Origin: a bacterium | GTDB taxonomy: Bacteria; Hinthialibacterota; Hinthialibacteria; Hinthialibacterales; Hinthialibacteraceae | Direction of reading: 5' to 3' | Length of the DNA: 54,033 bases | Assembly (NCBI GenBank): GCA_041946805.1 | Contig: JBHGBC010000020.1 | Span: 1-54,033, forward strand | Shown here: positions 28,049-37,292 of the stretch, piece after piece | Position numbering within the stretch: the stretch's first letter is position 1 | Layout: the number at the start of each line of letters is the position of its first letter | Notes under the pieces: generated by a model | What the model was told of the DNA's origin: nothing | The model's input: only the letters and a program-made list of their open reading frames with translations | Databases searched by the model: none | Program-made: the position numbers and the translations under genes

Positions 28049-31000
28049 ATGTCACACGGAAATAAACTCTCGCCTTTCAGCAAAATCGTCGAGATCTTTC
28101 TGGATTCGAACCTGTCGGTCATCCTGATTATCCTCTCGCTACTGGCGGGGGCGGCCGCGTTGATGATCACCCCGCGGGAGGAAGAGCCTCAGATCGTCGT
28201 GCCCTTCGCCGATGTCTATGTCTCCGTCCCAGGCGCGACGCCGGAAGAGGTCGAGCGGCTGGTGGCCACCCGGCTGGAGAAGCTGTTGTGGCAGATCGAC
28301 GGCGTCGAGTACGTCTATTCGACCTCGCTGCCGGGACAGGCAGTGGTCACGGTGCGATTTTACGTCGGCGAGGACCGCGAGCGCAGCCTGGTCAAGCTCT
28401 ACAACAAAATCAATTCGAATATCGACAAGGCCCCCGAGGTGGTCGCCGGGTGGGTGGTGAAGCCGATCGAGATCGACGACGTCCCGCTTTTGAACCTGAC
28501 GCTCTACAGCGGGAAGGCGGACGAATACACCCTGCGCCGGGTGGCGGAAGAGGTCATCGACCGCCTGCAGAGTGTTAGAGACACCGGCAACACATTTATC
28601 GTGGGCGGATTGCCGCGGCGGATCCGGGTGGAGTTCGACCGGGAACGCCTGCAGGCCCATTCCCTCGCGCCGCTGGAAATAGTGGAGAAAATCCGGGCGG
28701 CCAATGTCAACGTGCAGGCGGGTTCCTTCCAGCGGGACAATCTGGAGTACCTGGTCGAGGGCGGCACGGTCTTTTCATCCGTCGAGGAACTCAAGAACCT
28801 GGTTATCGGCGTGTTCCGGTCGCAGCCGGTGCGTCTCAGCGACGTGGCCCGTCTGATCGACGGACCGGCCGAACGGGAAACATTCACCCGCGTGGGCTTC
28901 GGCCCCGCCGTGGATTTCAAACTGGCCCATAGTCCCTTTCTGACGAAGGAAAACATCAATCCGGGCCACAGCGTCCCGGCGGTCACCCTGGCCTTCGCCA
29001 AGAAAAAGGGAACCAACGCGGTGTGGGTGGTCGATGAAATCCTGGCCCAGTTGGAGAAGATCAAGTCCCAGGTCATTCCCGACGACGTGCACATCCTGGT
29101 CACCCGCAACACCGGCGAAACCGCCAACGACAAGGTCAACGAGTTGGTGGAAGGCCTGGTGGTGGCCATCCTCACGGTCATCGCCCTGATCGCCTACCAA
29201 CTGGGATGGCGGGAAGGCCTGATCATCGCTTTCGCCGTGCCCATCACCTTTGGCCTGACGCTCTTCTTCAACATGCTGTTCGGCTATTCGATCAACCGCG
29301 TCACGTTGTTTGCCTTGACGCTCTCCCTGGGTTTGGTAGTGGACGATCCGATCGTGGATGTGGAGAACATCTACCGCCATTTCACCCTGAAACTCCGCGG
29401 CGCGCGGGATTCGGTGCTGCACGCGGTGGATGAAGTCCGCCCGCCGGTCATCCTGGCCACGCTGGCGGTTATCGTCTCCTTCGTTCCCATGTTTTTCATC
29501 ACCGGCATGATGGGCCCCTACATGGCTCCCATGGCGCTCAATGTTCCCCTGGCGATGCTGATGTCGTTGTTGGTGGCGTTCACCATCACCCCGTGGATGA
29601 CCTACCATGTCTTCAAACATGAGTATGAACATGCCGGGGAGCAAGCCTTCGATCTCCACCAAAGCACTGTATACCGGGTGTACCGGGGCATTGTCCAACC
29701 CTTTTTGAAATCAAAACTTCTGTCTTTTTCCTTGATCCTATTTGTCATCGTGTTGCTGGCCGCATCGGCCTTACTCCCCGCACTGGGTTTGGTGCCATTG
29801 AAGATGCTGCCCTTCGACAACAAGAACGAACTGCAGCTGCTGATCGATATGCCCGAAGGGACGACGCTGGAGCAGACCGACCGGGTGGTGCGCGACTTCG
29901 AGACGTTTCTGCGGCGGGTCCCCGAAGTGACCGATTTCGTCTCCTACGTGGGCCACTCCTCGCCGATCGATTTCAACGGCATGGTGCGGCACTATTATTT
30001 CCGGGAGGGAGGCCATCTGGCCGACATCCGGATCAACCTGGCCTCCAAGGACCACCGGAAACAGCAGAGCCACACCATCGCCCTGCGGCTGCGGCCGGAG
30101 ATCACCAAAATCGCTAAAAAGCACGGCGCGATTGTCAAGTTGGTGGAGTTGCCCCCCGGCCCGCCGGTCATCTCCACCATCGTGGCGGAAGTGTATGGCG
30201 CGCCGGATAAGTCTTACGCGGACCTGATCGCGGCGGCGCGGATCGTCAAACAAAAGATGGAAACCGTGCGGGGCATGGTGGACGTGGACGATTATGTCGA
30301 AGCGCCCCAGCCCAAACTGATCTTTGAAGTGGACCGGGACAAGGCCGCCTTGAACGGAATCACATCCGAGCAGATCGCCCAAACCCTGGCGCTCGCGCTG
30401 GGGGGCATGAACGCGGGCGCGGTGCACATCCCGTCCGAGCGCAATCCTCTCACCATCCATCTCCGGCTGCCCCATGAGGAACGCTCCAGCCGGGAAGAGC
30501 TTTCCCGCGTGGCGGTGAAGGGCAATACCGGCCGGCTGGTGCAGATCGCCGAATTGGGATCGTTCGTGGACAGCCAGCGGGACGTTTCGATCTATCACAA
30601 AAATCTGGAGCGGGTAGTCTATGTGCTGGCCGAGATGGCGGGACGCGCCCCCGCGGAAGCGATCCTCGAACTGGAATCCCATTTCGCCCGGAATCCCTTG
30701 CCCGAGGGATTCCACATCGTGTGGAGCGGCGAAGGCGAATGGCAGATCACCGTGACGGTGTTCCGGGACCTTGGCCTCGCCTTTGGGGCGGCGCTGATCG
30801 GCATCTACATCCTGCTGGTCATCGAGACCAACTCGTTTGCCATGCCCCTGGTGATCATGGTGGCCATCCCGTTGACCCTGATTGGCATCATGCCCGGATT
30901 CTATTTCCTGAATTTTCTCACGAACCGGACCGTGGGCGGGTATGAAGACCCGACTTTTTTCACGGCCACCGCCATGATCGGCATGATCGCGCTGGCGGGC

Positions 31001-31324
31001 ATCGTGGTGCGCAACTCCATCATCCTAATCGACTTCATCCACGCCGCGCTCAAGGAGGGGCGGCCGCTGAACGACGCCCTGATCGAATCGGGCGCGGTCC
31101 GCTTCCGGCCCATCCTGCTTACGGCGGGGACCGCGCTGCTGGGGAATGTGGTGATCACGCTCGATCCCATCTTCAGCGGCCTGGCGTGGTCCATCATCTT
31201 CGGCATCTTTGCCTCAACGGCGTTTACGCTGATCGTCATCCCCGTGATTTATCATTTGTTGTTCGCCCATAAATATTCTGATACATATCCTGAAACACAT
31301 GCGAAAAAGGAGGTATCATCATGA
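28049..31324 (+). CDS. RND efflux permease (AcrB/CusA superfamily)
   Basis: 1091 aa; PREEEPQI, GLVVDDPIVDVENI, GIVVRNSIILIDF, RFRPILLT. Confidence 0.95.
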   Translation: MSHGNKLSPFSKIVEIFLDSNLSVILIILSLLAGAAALMITPREEEPQIVVPFADVYVSVPGATPEEVERLVATRLEKLLWQIDGVEYVYSTSLPGQAVVTVRFYVGEDRERSLVKLYNKINSNIDKAPEVVAGWVVKPIEIDDVPLLNLTLYSGKADEYTLRRVAEEVIDRLQSVRDTGNTFIVGGLPRRIRVEFDRERLQAHSLAPLEIVEKIRAANVNVQAGSFQRDNLEYLVEGGTVFSSVEELKNLVIGVFRSQPVRLSDVARLIDGPAERETFTRVGFGPAVDFKLAHSPFLTKENINPGHSVPAVTLAFAKKKGTNAVWVVDEILAQLEKIKSQVIPDDVHILVTRNTGETANDKVNELVEGLVVAILTVIALIAYQLGWREGLIIAFAVPITFGLTLFFNMLFGYSINRVTLFALTLSLGLVVDDPIVDVENIYRHFTLKLRGARDSVLHAVDEVRPPVILATLAVIVSFVPMFFITGMMGPYMAPMALNVPLAMLMSLLVAFTITPWMTYHVFKHEYEHAGEQAFDLHQSTVYRVYRGIVQPFLKSKLLSFSLILFVIVLLAASALLPALGLVPLKMLPFDNKNELQLLIDMPEGTTLEQTDRVVRDFETFLRRVPEVTDFVSYVGHSSPIDFNGMVRHYYFREGGHLADIRINLASKDHRKQQSHTIALRLRPEITKIAKKHGAIVKLVELPPGPPVISTIVAEVYGAPDKSYADLIAAARIVKQKMETVRGMVDVDDYVEAPQPKLIFEVDRDKAALNGITSEQIAQTLALALGGMNAGAVHIPSERNPLTIHLRLPHEERSSREELSRVAVKGNTGRLVQIAELGSFVDSQRDVSIYHKNLERVVYVLAEMAGRAPAEAILELESHFARNPLPEGFHIVWSGEGEWQITVTVFRDLGLAFGAALIGIYILLVIETNSFAMPLVIMVAIPLTLIGIMPGFYFLNFLTNRTVGGYEDPTFFTATAMIGMIALAGIVVRNSIILIDFIHAALKEGRPLNDALIESGAVRFRPILLTAGTALLGNVVITLDPIFSGLAWSIIFGIFASTAFTLIVIPVIYHLLFAHKYSDTYPETHAKKEVSS

Positions 31325-31542
31325 CCACCGAAAAAATCGTGCGGACCGCCGCGGGTTTCTTCGTAATGGCGAGCGTCACCCTGGGTCTTTTGCATTCCCC
31401 CTGGTGGTTCGCGTTCACCCTGTTCGTGGGATTGAATCTCTTTCAATCCGGTTTCACGAATTTTTGTCCCCTGGAGTTGATCTTGCGGAAAATGAATATT
31501 CCCAGTTGCCCCTTGCGAAAGGAGAACTCTCATGTGGAGTGA
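31321..31542 (+). CDS. DUF2892/YgaP-family membrane protein
   Basis: FVGLNLFQSGFTNFCPL. Confidence 0.88.
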   Translation: MTTEKIVRTAAGFFVMASVTLGLLHSPWWFAFTLFVGLNLFQSGFTNFCPLELILRKMNIPSCPLRKENSHVE

Positions 31543-31693
31543 TATCCTGGTCATCGCGGGATTCGTCGTGGTTTGGTATGCACTGATGCGCTATCTGCTG
31601 CCGGCGTTGGGTATACCAACCTGTATGTCCGGCGCATGCCAGTTGAAGAAACCGGTGAAAAAAGGGAGCGAGCCGCATGCCCAATCCAAATAA
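31532..31693 (+). CDS. 53-aa membrane microprotein with C-x4-C motif (below the ORF-track length cut-off)
   Basis: AAGGAGA RBS; MWSDILVIAGFVVVWYALMRYLLPALGIPTCMSGACQLKKPVKKGSEPHAQSK; overlaps both neighbours. Confidence 0.75.
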   Translation: MWSDILVIAGFVVVWYALMRYLLPALGIPTCMSGACQLKKPVKKGSEPHAQSK

Positions 31694-33359
31694 GCGAATC
31701 GTCATCCTCGGAGGCGTGGCGGCGGGGACCAAGAGCGCGGCCAAAGCCCGCCGGCAGGATCCGCACGCGGAGATCACCCTCTACACCGGCGAGGAATACA
31801 TCTCCTACGCCGGCTGCGGGCAGCCGTATTACATCGGCGGCGAAGTGCAAGAACGCGCCCAACTGCTGGCCCGCACGCCCGGGCAGTTTCAACAAGGGCA
31901 GAACATCACCATCCATACCCGCCACCGGGCCACGCGGATCGATCCCCAGGCCCAGACCGTGGACATTCTGGACCTGGCCGCCAACCAGACCCGGACCGTG
32001 CCTTACGACGCCCTGGTGATCGCCACCGGCGCGGCGCCCATCGTCCCTTCCCTGCCCGGCACGGATCTTCCCGGCGTGCATGTCATCCGCGCGATGCCCG
32101 CGGTAGATGAGATTCGCCGCCGCCTGGATCAGGGAAGCGTCCAGCGGGCGGTGGTCGTGGGCGGGGGGTATATCGGCCTGAAGATGGTGGAAAACCTGGT
32201 CAACCGCGGGGTCCAGGTAACCGTGGTGGAACGGGAAAAGCAACTCGCCCCGCTGTACGACGCCGATGTGGCCGCCCATATCCTGCGCGTTCTGGAACAA
32301 AAAGGCGTGCGGGTGATGCTGGGCGTGAGTCTCGAGGCGATCCAGGGTTCGCCAGACCGGGGCGTGTCTTCGGTCACCGTCGCGGGGCAGACCATCCCCG
32401 CCGATCTGGTGATCCTCTCCGTGGGCGTCCGGCCCGAAACCCGGCTGGCCCAGGAGTCGGGCATCGAGATTGGCCCCACCGGGGCGATCCGCGTCAACGA
32501 ATCCATGCAGACGAATTTCCCGAACATCTACGCCGCGGGCGATTGCGTGGAAGTCACGAACCTCGTCACCGGCAAGCCCGCCTGGATACCCCTCGGCTCC
32601 ACGGCCAACAAGCAAGGGCGCGTGGCGGGCGAAAACATCACCGGGGGAAACGCGGTGTTTCCCGGCGTGACGGGAACCAGCATCTTCCGTGTGTTCGCTC
32701 TCAACGTGGCCAAAACCGGCCTCTCGGAAAAAGAAGCCCAAAAGGAAGGTTTCCACTACGAGGCGGTGGTGGTTCCGGCGGAAGACAAGCCCCACTACAT
32801 GCCCGGGCATAAAACGGTAATCACAAAACTGATCGCGGAGCGGTCCACGCACCGCCTGCTCGGAGCGCAAGTCTGGGGTCCCGGGAACGTGGACAAGGTC
32901 ATCGACACCCTGGCCACCGCTCTCTTTTTCAAGGCCACCGTCGAAGACCTGACCCAGTTGGACCTGGCCTATGCCCCGCCCTTCGCCCCGGCGATGGGCA
33001 ATGTCATCACCGCGGCCAACGTGCTGCTCAACAAGTTGACGAAGCAGACCGAGGGCATCCTGCCCTTGGAGGTCATGGAAAAGCTGGACCGGCAGGAGGA
33101 TTTCATTTTCCTGGATGTCCGCGATCCGCAAAACATCGTGATGGTTTGCTGTGAATCTTGCCTGAACATCCCGGCTGGCCAGTTGGAGTTGCGCTGCGCC
33201 GAGTTGCCCAAGGACAAGGAGATCATCACCACCTGCATGATCGGCCTGAACGCCGCGGCGGCCTACCGGACCTTGAAACGCAACGGATTTCAGAACGTGC
33301 GCTATATGGACGGCGGCGTCACCGCCTGGCCGCGGCCGAAGAAGAAAAAGCAGAATTGA
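31677..33359 (+). CDS. CoA-disulfide/persulfide reductase-like flavoprotein with C-terminal rhodanese domain
   Basis: GGVAAG, SYAGCG redox Cys, GGGYIG, IYAAGDC, LDLAYAPPF, LDVR...TCMIGLNA...MDGGVTAW. Confidence 0.92.
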   Translation: MPNPNKRIVILGGVAAGTKSAAKARRQDPHAEITLYTGEEYISYAGCGQPYYIGGEVQERAQLLARTPGQFQQGQNITIHTRHRATRIDPQAQTVDILDLAANQTRTVPYDALVIATGAAPIVPSLPGTDLPGVHVIRAMPAVDEIRRRLDQGSVQRAVVVGGGYIGLKMVENLVNRGVQVTVVEREKQLAPLYDADVAAHILRVLEQKGVRVMLGVSLEAIQGSPDRGVSSVTVAGQTIPADLVILSVGVRPETRLAQESGIEIGPTGAIRVNESMQTNFPNIYAAGDCVEVTNLVTGKPAWIPLGSTANKQGRVAGENITGGNAVFPGVTGTSIFRVFALNVAKTGLSEKEAQKEGFHYEAVVVPAEDKPHYMPGHKTVITKLIAERSTHRLLGAQVWGPGNVDKVIDTLATALFFKATVEDLTQLDLAYAPPFAPAMGNVITAANVLLNKLTKQTEGILPLEVMEKLDRQEDFIFLDVRDPQNIVMVCCESCLNIPAGQLELRCAELPKDKEIITTCMIGLNAAAAYRTLKRNGFQNVRYMDGGVTAWPRPKKKKQN

Positions 33360-33371
33360 AGGAGCGGGGAA

Positions 33372-33677
33372 ATGTTCACGTTTATCCCCGCCGGTGAAGG
33401 CGGTCCTCTCCCCATGGGGATGCGCAATCCCTGCTCGCTTGAATGCCACACCGGGGTTGGCCGGATCACCTTGCTGGTGGATCAGGCCAACCCCCTGTAT
33501 CTGTTCATTTCGATCGCTGGGGAACCGCGGAGGTGCGTCGATCTGGCGCCATTCCATTTGGCGTTCGCGGACCGGCGGGAAGCGTTGGAGTTTTTGGAGC
33601 AAATCCGGAATTCGGATTTCACCGCGGATCTGGTTCGGGAAGAGGAATCGTTGGAAACCGGCTGGGACTCCTTGTAA
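33372..33677 (+). CDS. Hypothetical protein
   Basis: 101-aa ORF with AAGGAG RBS directly after the reductase. Confidence 0.55.
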   Translation: MFTFIPAGEGGPLPMGMRNPCSLECHTGVGRITLLVDQANPLYLFISIAGEPRRCVDLAPFHLAFADRREALEFLEQIRNSDFTADLVREEESLETGWDSL

Positions 33678-33698
33678 AGCAGCCCCAGCCGGTAATGC

Positions 33699-34037
33699 TC
33701 ACAATGCCTCGTCGGCCCGTTCGCCGGTGCGGATGCGCACCGCGTCGGTCATGGCGAAGACGAAGATTTTGCCATCGCCGACCTGGCCGGTGTTCACCGT
33801 GGTGCGGATCGTGTCGATCACCTTTTCGGTGAGGTCGGATTTCACGGCGATTTCGACCTTGATCTTGGGCAGGAAGTTGACGCTGTATTCCCGCCCCCGG
33901 TAGAGTTCGTGGTGCCCTTTTTGGCGGCCGAAACCGCGGACTTCGGAGACGGTCATGCCGGTGATGCCGATTTCTTCCAAGGCGGCCCGCAGGTCTTCCA
34001 ATTTGTGGGGGCGAATGATGGCTTCGATCTTGTTCAT
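33699..34037 (-). CDS. glnK: P-II nitrogen regulatory protein
   Basis: KIEAIIRP, GFGRQKG, YRGREY, TGQVGDGKIF, VRIRTGE; adjacent to amtB. Confidence 0.95.
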   Translation of the reverse strand: MNKIEAIIRPHKLEDLRAALEEIGITGMTVSEVRGFGRQKGHHELYRGREYSVNFLPKIKVEIAVKSDLTEKVIDTIRTTVNTGQVGDGKIFVFAMTDAVRIRTGERADEAL

Positions 34038-34040
34038 GAG

Positions 34041-35402
34041 TTATTCCTCCTCTGCTCTCGCGATTTGGCTCATGCCCGGGGCCAGGAAGTTGTAGGCGAC
34101 TTCGCCGTGCAGGGCCAGGTCCAGGCCGGATACCTCTTCATCGGGCGTTACCCGTAAGGGAGTGATGAGTTTCACCACGTTGAGTATGATGAAGGTTCCC
34201 GCCGCGGCGATCACGTAACCGGCCAAAATGCCGATCAATTGTTTGCCGATCTGGACGGGATTGCCGTAGATGAGTCCATCGGCGGCCGCCGGGTTGACCG
34301 TGGAGCTGCAGAAGATCCCCGTGGCCAAGGCCCCCCACGTTCCGCCGACGCCGTGCACGCCGAAAACATCCAGCGAGTCATCATAGCCGAATTTCTCCTT
34401 GAGTACATTCACGCCGATGTAGCAAAACGCGGCGGTGGTGAAACCGATCGCCAGCGATGACGGCACGCTGACAAAGCCCGCCCCGGGCGTGATGCCTACC
34501 AGCCCGGCCACCACTCCCGTGGCGGCGCCCAGCATGGTCGGCTTGCCGCGCAGGATCCATTCCAGGAGGGCCCAGGTCAGTCCGGCCGAGGCCGCGGCGG
34601 TGTTGGTCGTAACGAATGCCACTGCCGCGATGCCGTTGGCCGCCAGCGAACTGCCCGCGTTGAAGCCGAACCACCCGAACCACAGCAGGGCCGCGCCCAT
34701 CACCGTCAGGGGCAGGCTATGGGGCGGCACAACCATGCGCGGATACCCCAGCCGCCGGCCGATGACCAGGCAGGCCACCAGGGCGGACACGCCGGAGCTG
34801 ATGTGCACCACCGTGCCCCCGGCGAAATCCAGCGTCCCGAGTTTGAACAGCCACCCCCCGCTGGCCCAAACCCAGTGCGCCAAGGGATCGTATACGAGGG
34901 TCGACCACAACAGCGAAAAGAGAAAAAACGCCGGAAAACTGATCCGTTCCACGAAACAACCGGAAATCAACGCCACGGTGATGATCGCGAACGCCCCCTG
35001 GAACATCGCGAACACCAGCGCCGGGATCGTGCCGTTGGCCTCCGGCCCCACGCCCATGAAGGCGAAATGCCGCAGGTTGCCGACGATCCCCCCGATATCG
35101 CCGCCGAAGGCCAGGGAATAGCCCCACAACACCCATTGGACTCCGATCAAGCACATGCAGAAGAAGCTGAACATCAGGGTGGCCAATACGTTGCGTTGAT
35201 TGACCAAGCCGCCGTAAAACAAGGCCAAACCCGGGGCGGTCATCATCAATACCAAGGCTGTGGCTGTCAACATCCAGGCCGTATCCCCGGCATTGATCTG
35301 GGGCACGGCGTCTTCAGACCATGCGGGCGCGGCCAGGGCTAAAAACACAAGCAGCCACAAGCCGATTCCACGATAGGGAGGAGAAGCTTTCAGTCTGGAC
35401 AT
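34041..35402 (-). CDS. amtB: Ammonium transporter
   Basis: PGLALFYGG, DFAGGTVVH, WFGWFGFNAGS, DDSLDVFGVHG. Confidence 0.97.
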   Translation of the reverse strand: MSRLKASPPYRGIGLWLLVFLALAAPAWSEDAVPQINAGDTAWMLTATALVLMMTAPGLALFYGGLVNQRNVLATLMFSFFCMCLIGVQWVLWGYSLAFGGDIGGIVGNLRHFAFMGVGPEANGTIPALVFAMFQGAFAIITVALISGCFVERISFPAFFLFSLLWSTLVYDPLAHWVWASGGWLFKLGTLDFAGGTVVHISSGVSALVACLVIGRRLGYPRMVVPPHSLPLTVMGAALLWFGWFGFNAGSSLAANGIAAVAFVTTNTAAASAGLTWALLEWILRGKPTMLGAATGVVAGLVGITPGAGFVSVPSSLAIGFTTAAFCYIGVNVLKEKFGYDDSLDVFGVHGVGGTWGALATGIFCSSTVNPAAADGLIYGNPVQIGKQLIGILAGYVIAAAGTFIILNVVKLITPLRVTPDEEVSGLDLALHGEVAYNFLAPGMSQIARAEEE

Positions 35403-35515
35403 GCTCATCACCTCGAAATGGAATTGGGAATCCAAAAGCAGAAACTAATTGGATGTCACGCCTGGAATCCATCGGCCGGAACAGTCGAAAGATCCCGAGG
35501 TCGGGGCTGAAGAGG

Positions 35516-35530
35516 GCAATGACCATGCCA
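35516..35530 (-). promoter_or_regulatory. Sigma54 promoter of amtB-glnK
   Basis: Minus strand reads TGGCATGGTCATTGC (GG-N10-GC), ~115 bp upstream of amtB. Confidence 0.75.
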
Positions 35531-35822
35531 TTTGTGGGAAACTACCATGGCAGGCAGGATGGAAGTTATCTATCTACCTGATACGCAGTGTGTTAGATGA
35601 CTCAGAATAGAAATGAGATAAAGTAATGAAAAGGCTTTGGGAAAGACTCATGCATGTTGGAAAGTAAGCAGGTTGTTCAAAATCAAGCAAAATGATTGGA
35701 GCAGATTGTACGAAGGTAAGAAGCAAGAAACATATTGTTGACAGAGAAGTGATTACGCTTTACCACCTTGGATAGAAAGCCAGATAAAAGGATACGGAGT
35801 GCGTGGAGGCAGTCATCCCGGT

Positions 35823-36470
35823 TCAGAAAAACGTGTGCGGGTATTTTCCAAAGGAGATATCGTAGTCGCGTTCGCCGCGGAAGCTGAGCCGATGCGAAAT
35901 CCAGATGTCGCCGTTGGAGATCAGGCCGTTGCTCGACGTGTAGGGGACGGACTGACCCTGGCTCACCAGCCAGGTCACATCGTCGTAGTCCTTGTCGGGG
36001 CCCGAGGCGATGAAGCACCAGTACGCGCCCAAGTCGCCGTTGGGGCAATGGCTGGTGCCATACCAGTAAAATATGCCCTTGACGAAAGGATCGGTGGGGA
36101 TCCCCCCGATATAGGCGACAGGCGTGGTCAATTGGGCAAAGATGCGCCCGTCGTTGTTGGGATCGTAACAGGTCAGGCCCACGTCGCTGCATTTTTTGCC
36201 CCAGCGGGAAGGCCCCCAGGGATTCAGCACGCAATCCTTGGGATCGCCGTTGCCCTGCGCGCCCTCGTCGTTGCCGTCGACCATCCACTTGTTGCTGTCC
36301 AGTTTCCGGACCATGTTCTGATCGTACAGCATTTTGACGTCCGCGTAGCAGCGGGCGAGTTTGGCGCGGGTTTGGGCGTTCAGAAAATTGGGGACCGCGA
36401 TCGCCGCCAGAATGCCGATGATCGCGACGACAATCAGCAGCTCGATCAGGGTGAAGGCCGACTTGTTCAT
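35823..36470 (-). CDS. Prepilin-type N-terminal cleavage/methylation domain protein
   Basis: SA|FTLIELLIVVAIIGILAAIAVPNF. Confidence 0.9.
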   Translation of the reverse strand: MNKSAFTLIELLIVVAIIGILAAIAVPNFLNAQTRAKLARCYADVKMLYDQNMVRKLDSNKWMVDGNDEGAQGNGDPKDCVLNPWGPSRWGKKCSDVGLTCYDPNNDGRIFAQLTTPVAYIGGIPTDPFVKGIFYWYGTSHCPNGDLGAYWCFIASGPDKDYDDVTWLVSQGQSVPYTSSNGLISNGDIWISHRLSFRGERDYDISFGKYPHTFF

Positions 36471-36580
36471 AAAGACTCCATCCGTATTTTTCTTTTCTTT
36501 CTCTTGTCTTCCGAAGGACCGGTTAAATTCTACATGAAAAAATGGATCGCGTATAGCAATGTTCTTTCGCTGGATTTTCC

Positions 36581-37117
36581 TTATTGATACCAGAACGCGC
36601 GGGCGTAATCGGATTTGGCGTTGCCGCCGACAAAGGTGGTTACGCAGCCATCGCTGATCAGGCCGTTGGTCATGTCATACGCGCCGTAGCCGATTCCCGG
36701 CCCCGCGCTGACATTCCAACCCACGTACTGCGGATATTGAAGCCAATACCCTTCCGCGCGCGCCGTTTCGAAACTCATGATGGGTTCCCAATGGATGGTG
36801 CGCTTGGCGTAGGGAGCGATTTTCTTTACATCCTCCGGCAGTTTTTCCTGAAACGGGTCCAGGGGCCAAAACGAGAGGTAGGCCACGGGGGTAGTCAACG
36901 GGCGGTGCTGCCAGGGCGTATGAGCGTGTTTATGGAACGAACCGTTGTCCATGCGGTACATGTTTTCCGCGGTGGCCAGCGCCCGGTGATCGGCCAGCAC
37001 CCGCGCGATTTTGGCCTTGATCTGGGCCTGCATGAAATTGGGAACGGCGATGGCCGCCAGGATGCCGATGATGGCCACCACGATCAACAATTCAATAAGC
37101 GTGAAGCCGTTTTTCAT
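36581..37117 (-). CDS. Prepilin-type N-terminal cleavage/methylation domain protein
   Basis: NG|FTLIELLIVVAIIGILAAIAVPNF. Confidence 0.9.
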   Translation of the reverse strand: MKNGFTLIELLIVVAIIGILAAIAVPNFMQAQIKAKIARVLADHRALATAENMYRMDNGSFHKHAHTPWQHRPLTTPVAYLSFWPLDPFQEKLPEDVKKIAPYAKRTIHWEPIMSFETARAEGYWLQYPQYVGWNVSAGPGIGYGAYDMTNGLISDGCVTTFVGGNAKSDYARAFWYQ

Positions 37118-37292
37118 GATAATCCGTCACGACATTCCCTGGATTGAAATATCGGGAATCAGCCTATCTTACCACATTCCCTCATGACAGGGATGTTATC
37201 CCCCACGCATATCGGGGATGACATCCAGAGTACACTTCCGGTTCCTGATCGGTGTTTGTGCCGGGGCGGCCGGGGGACAGGATCCCGGCTTC

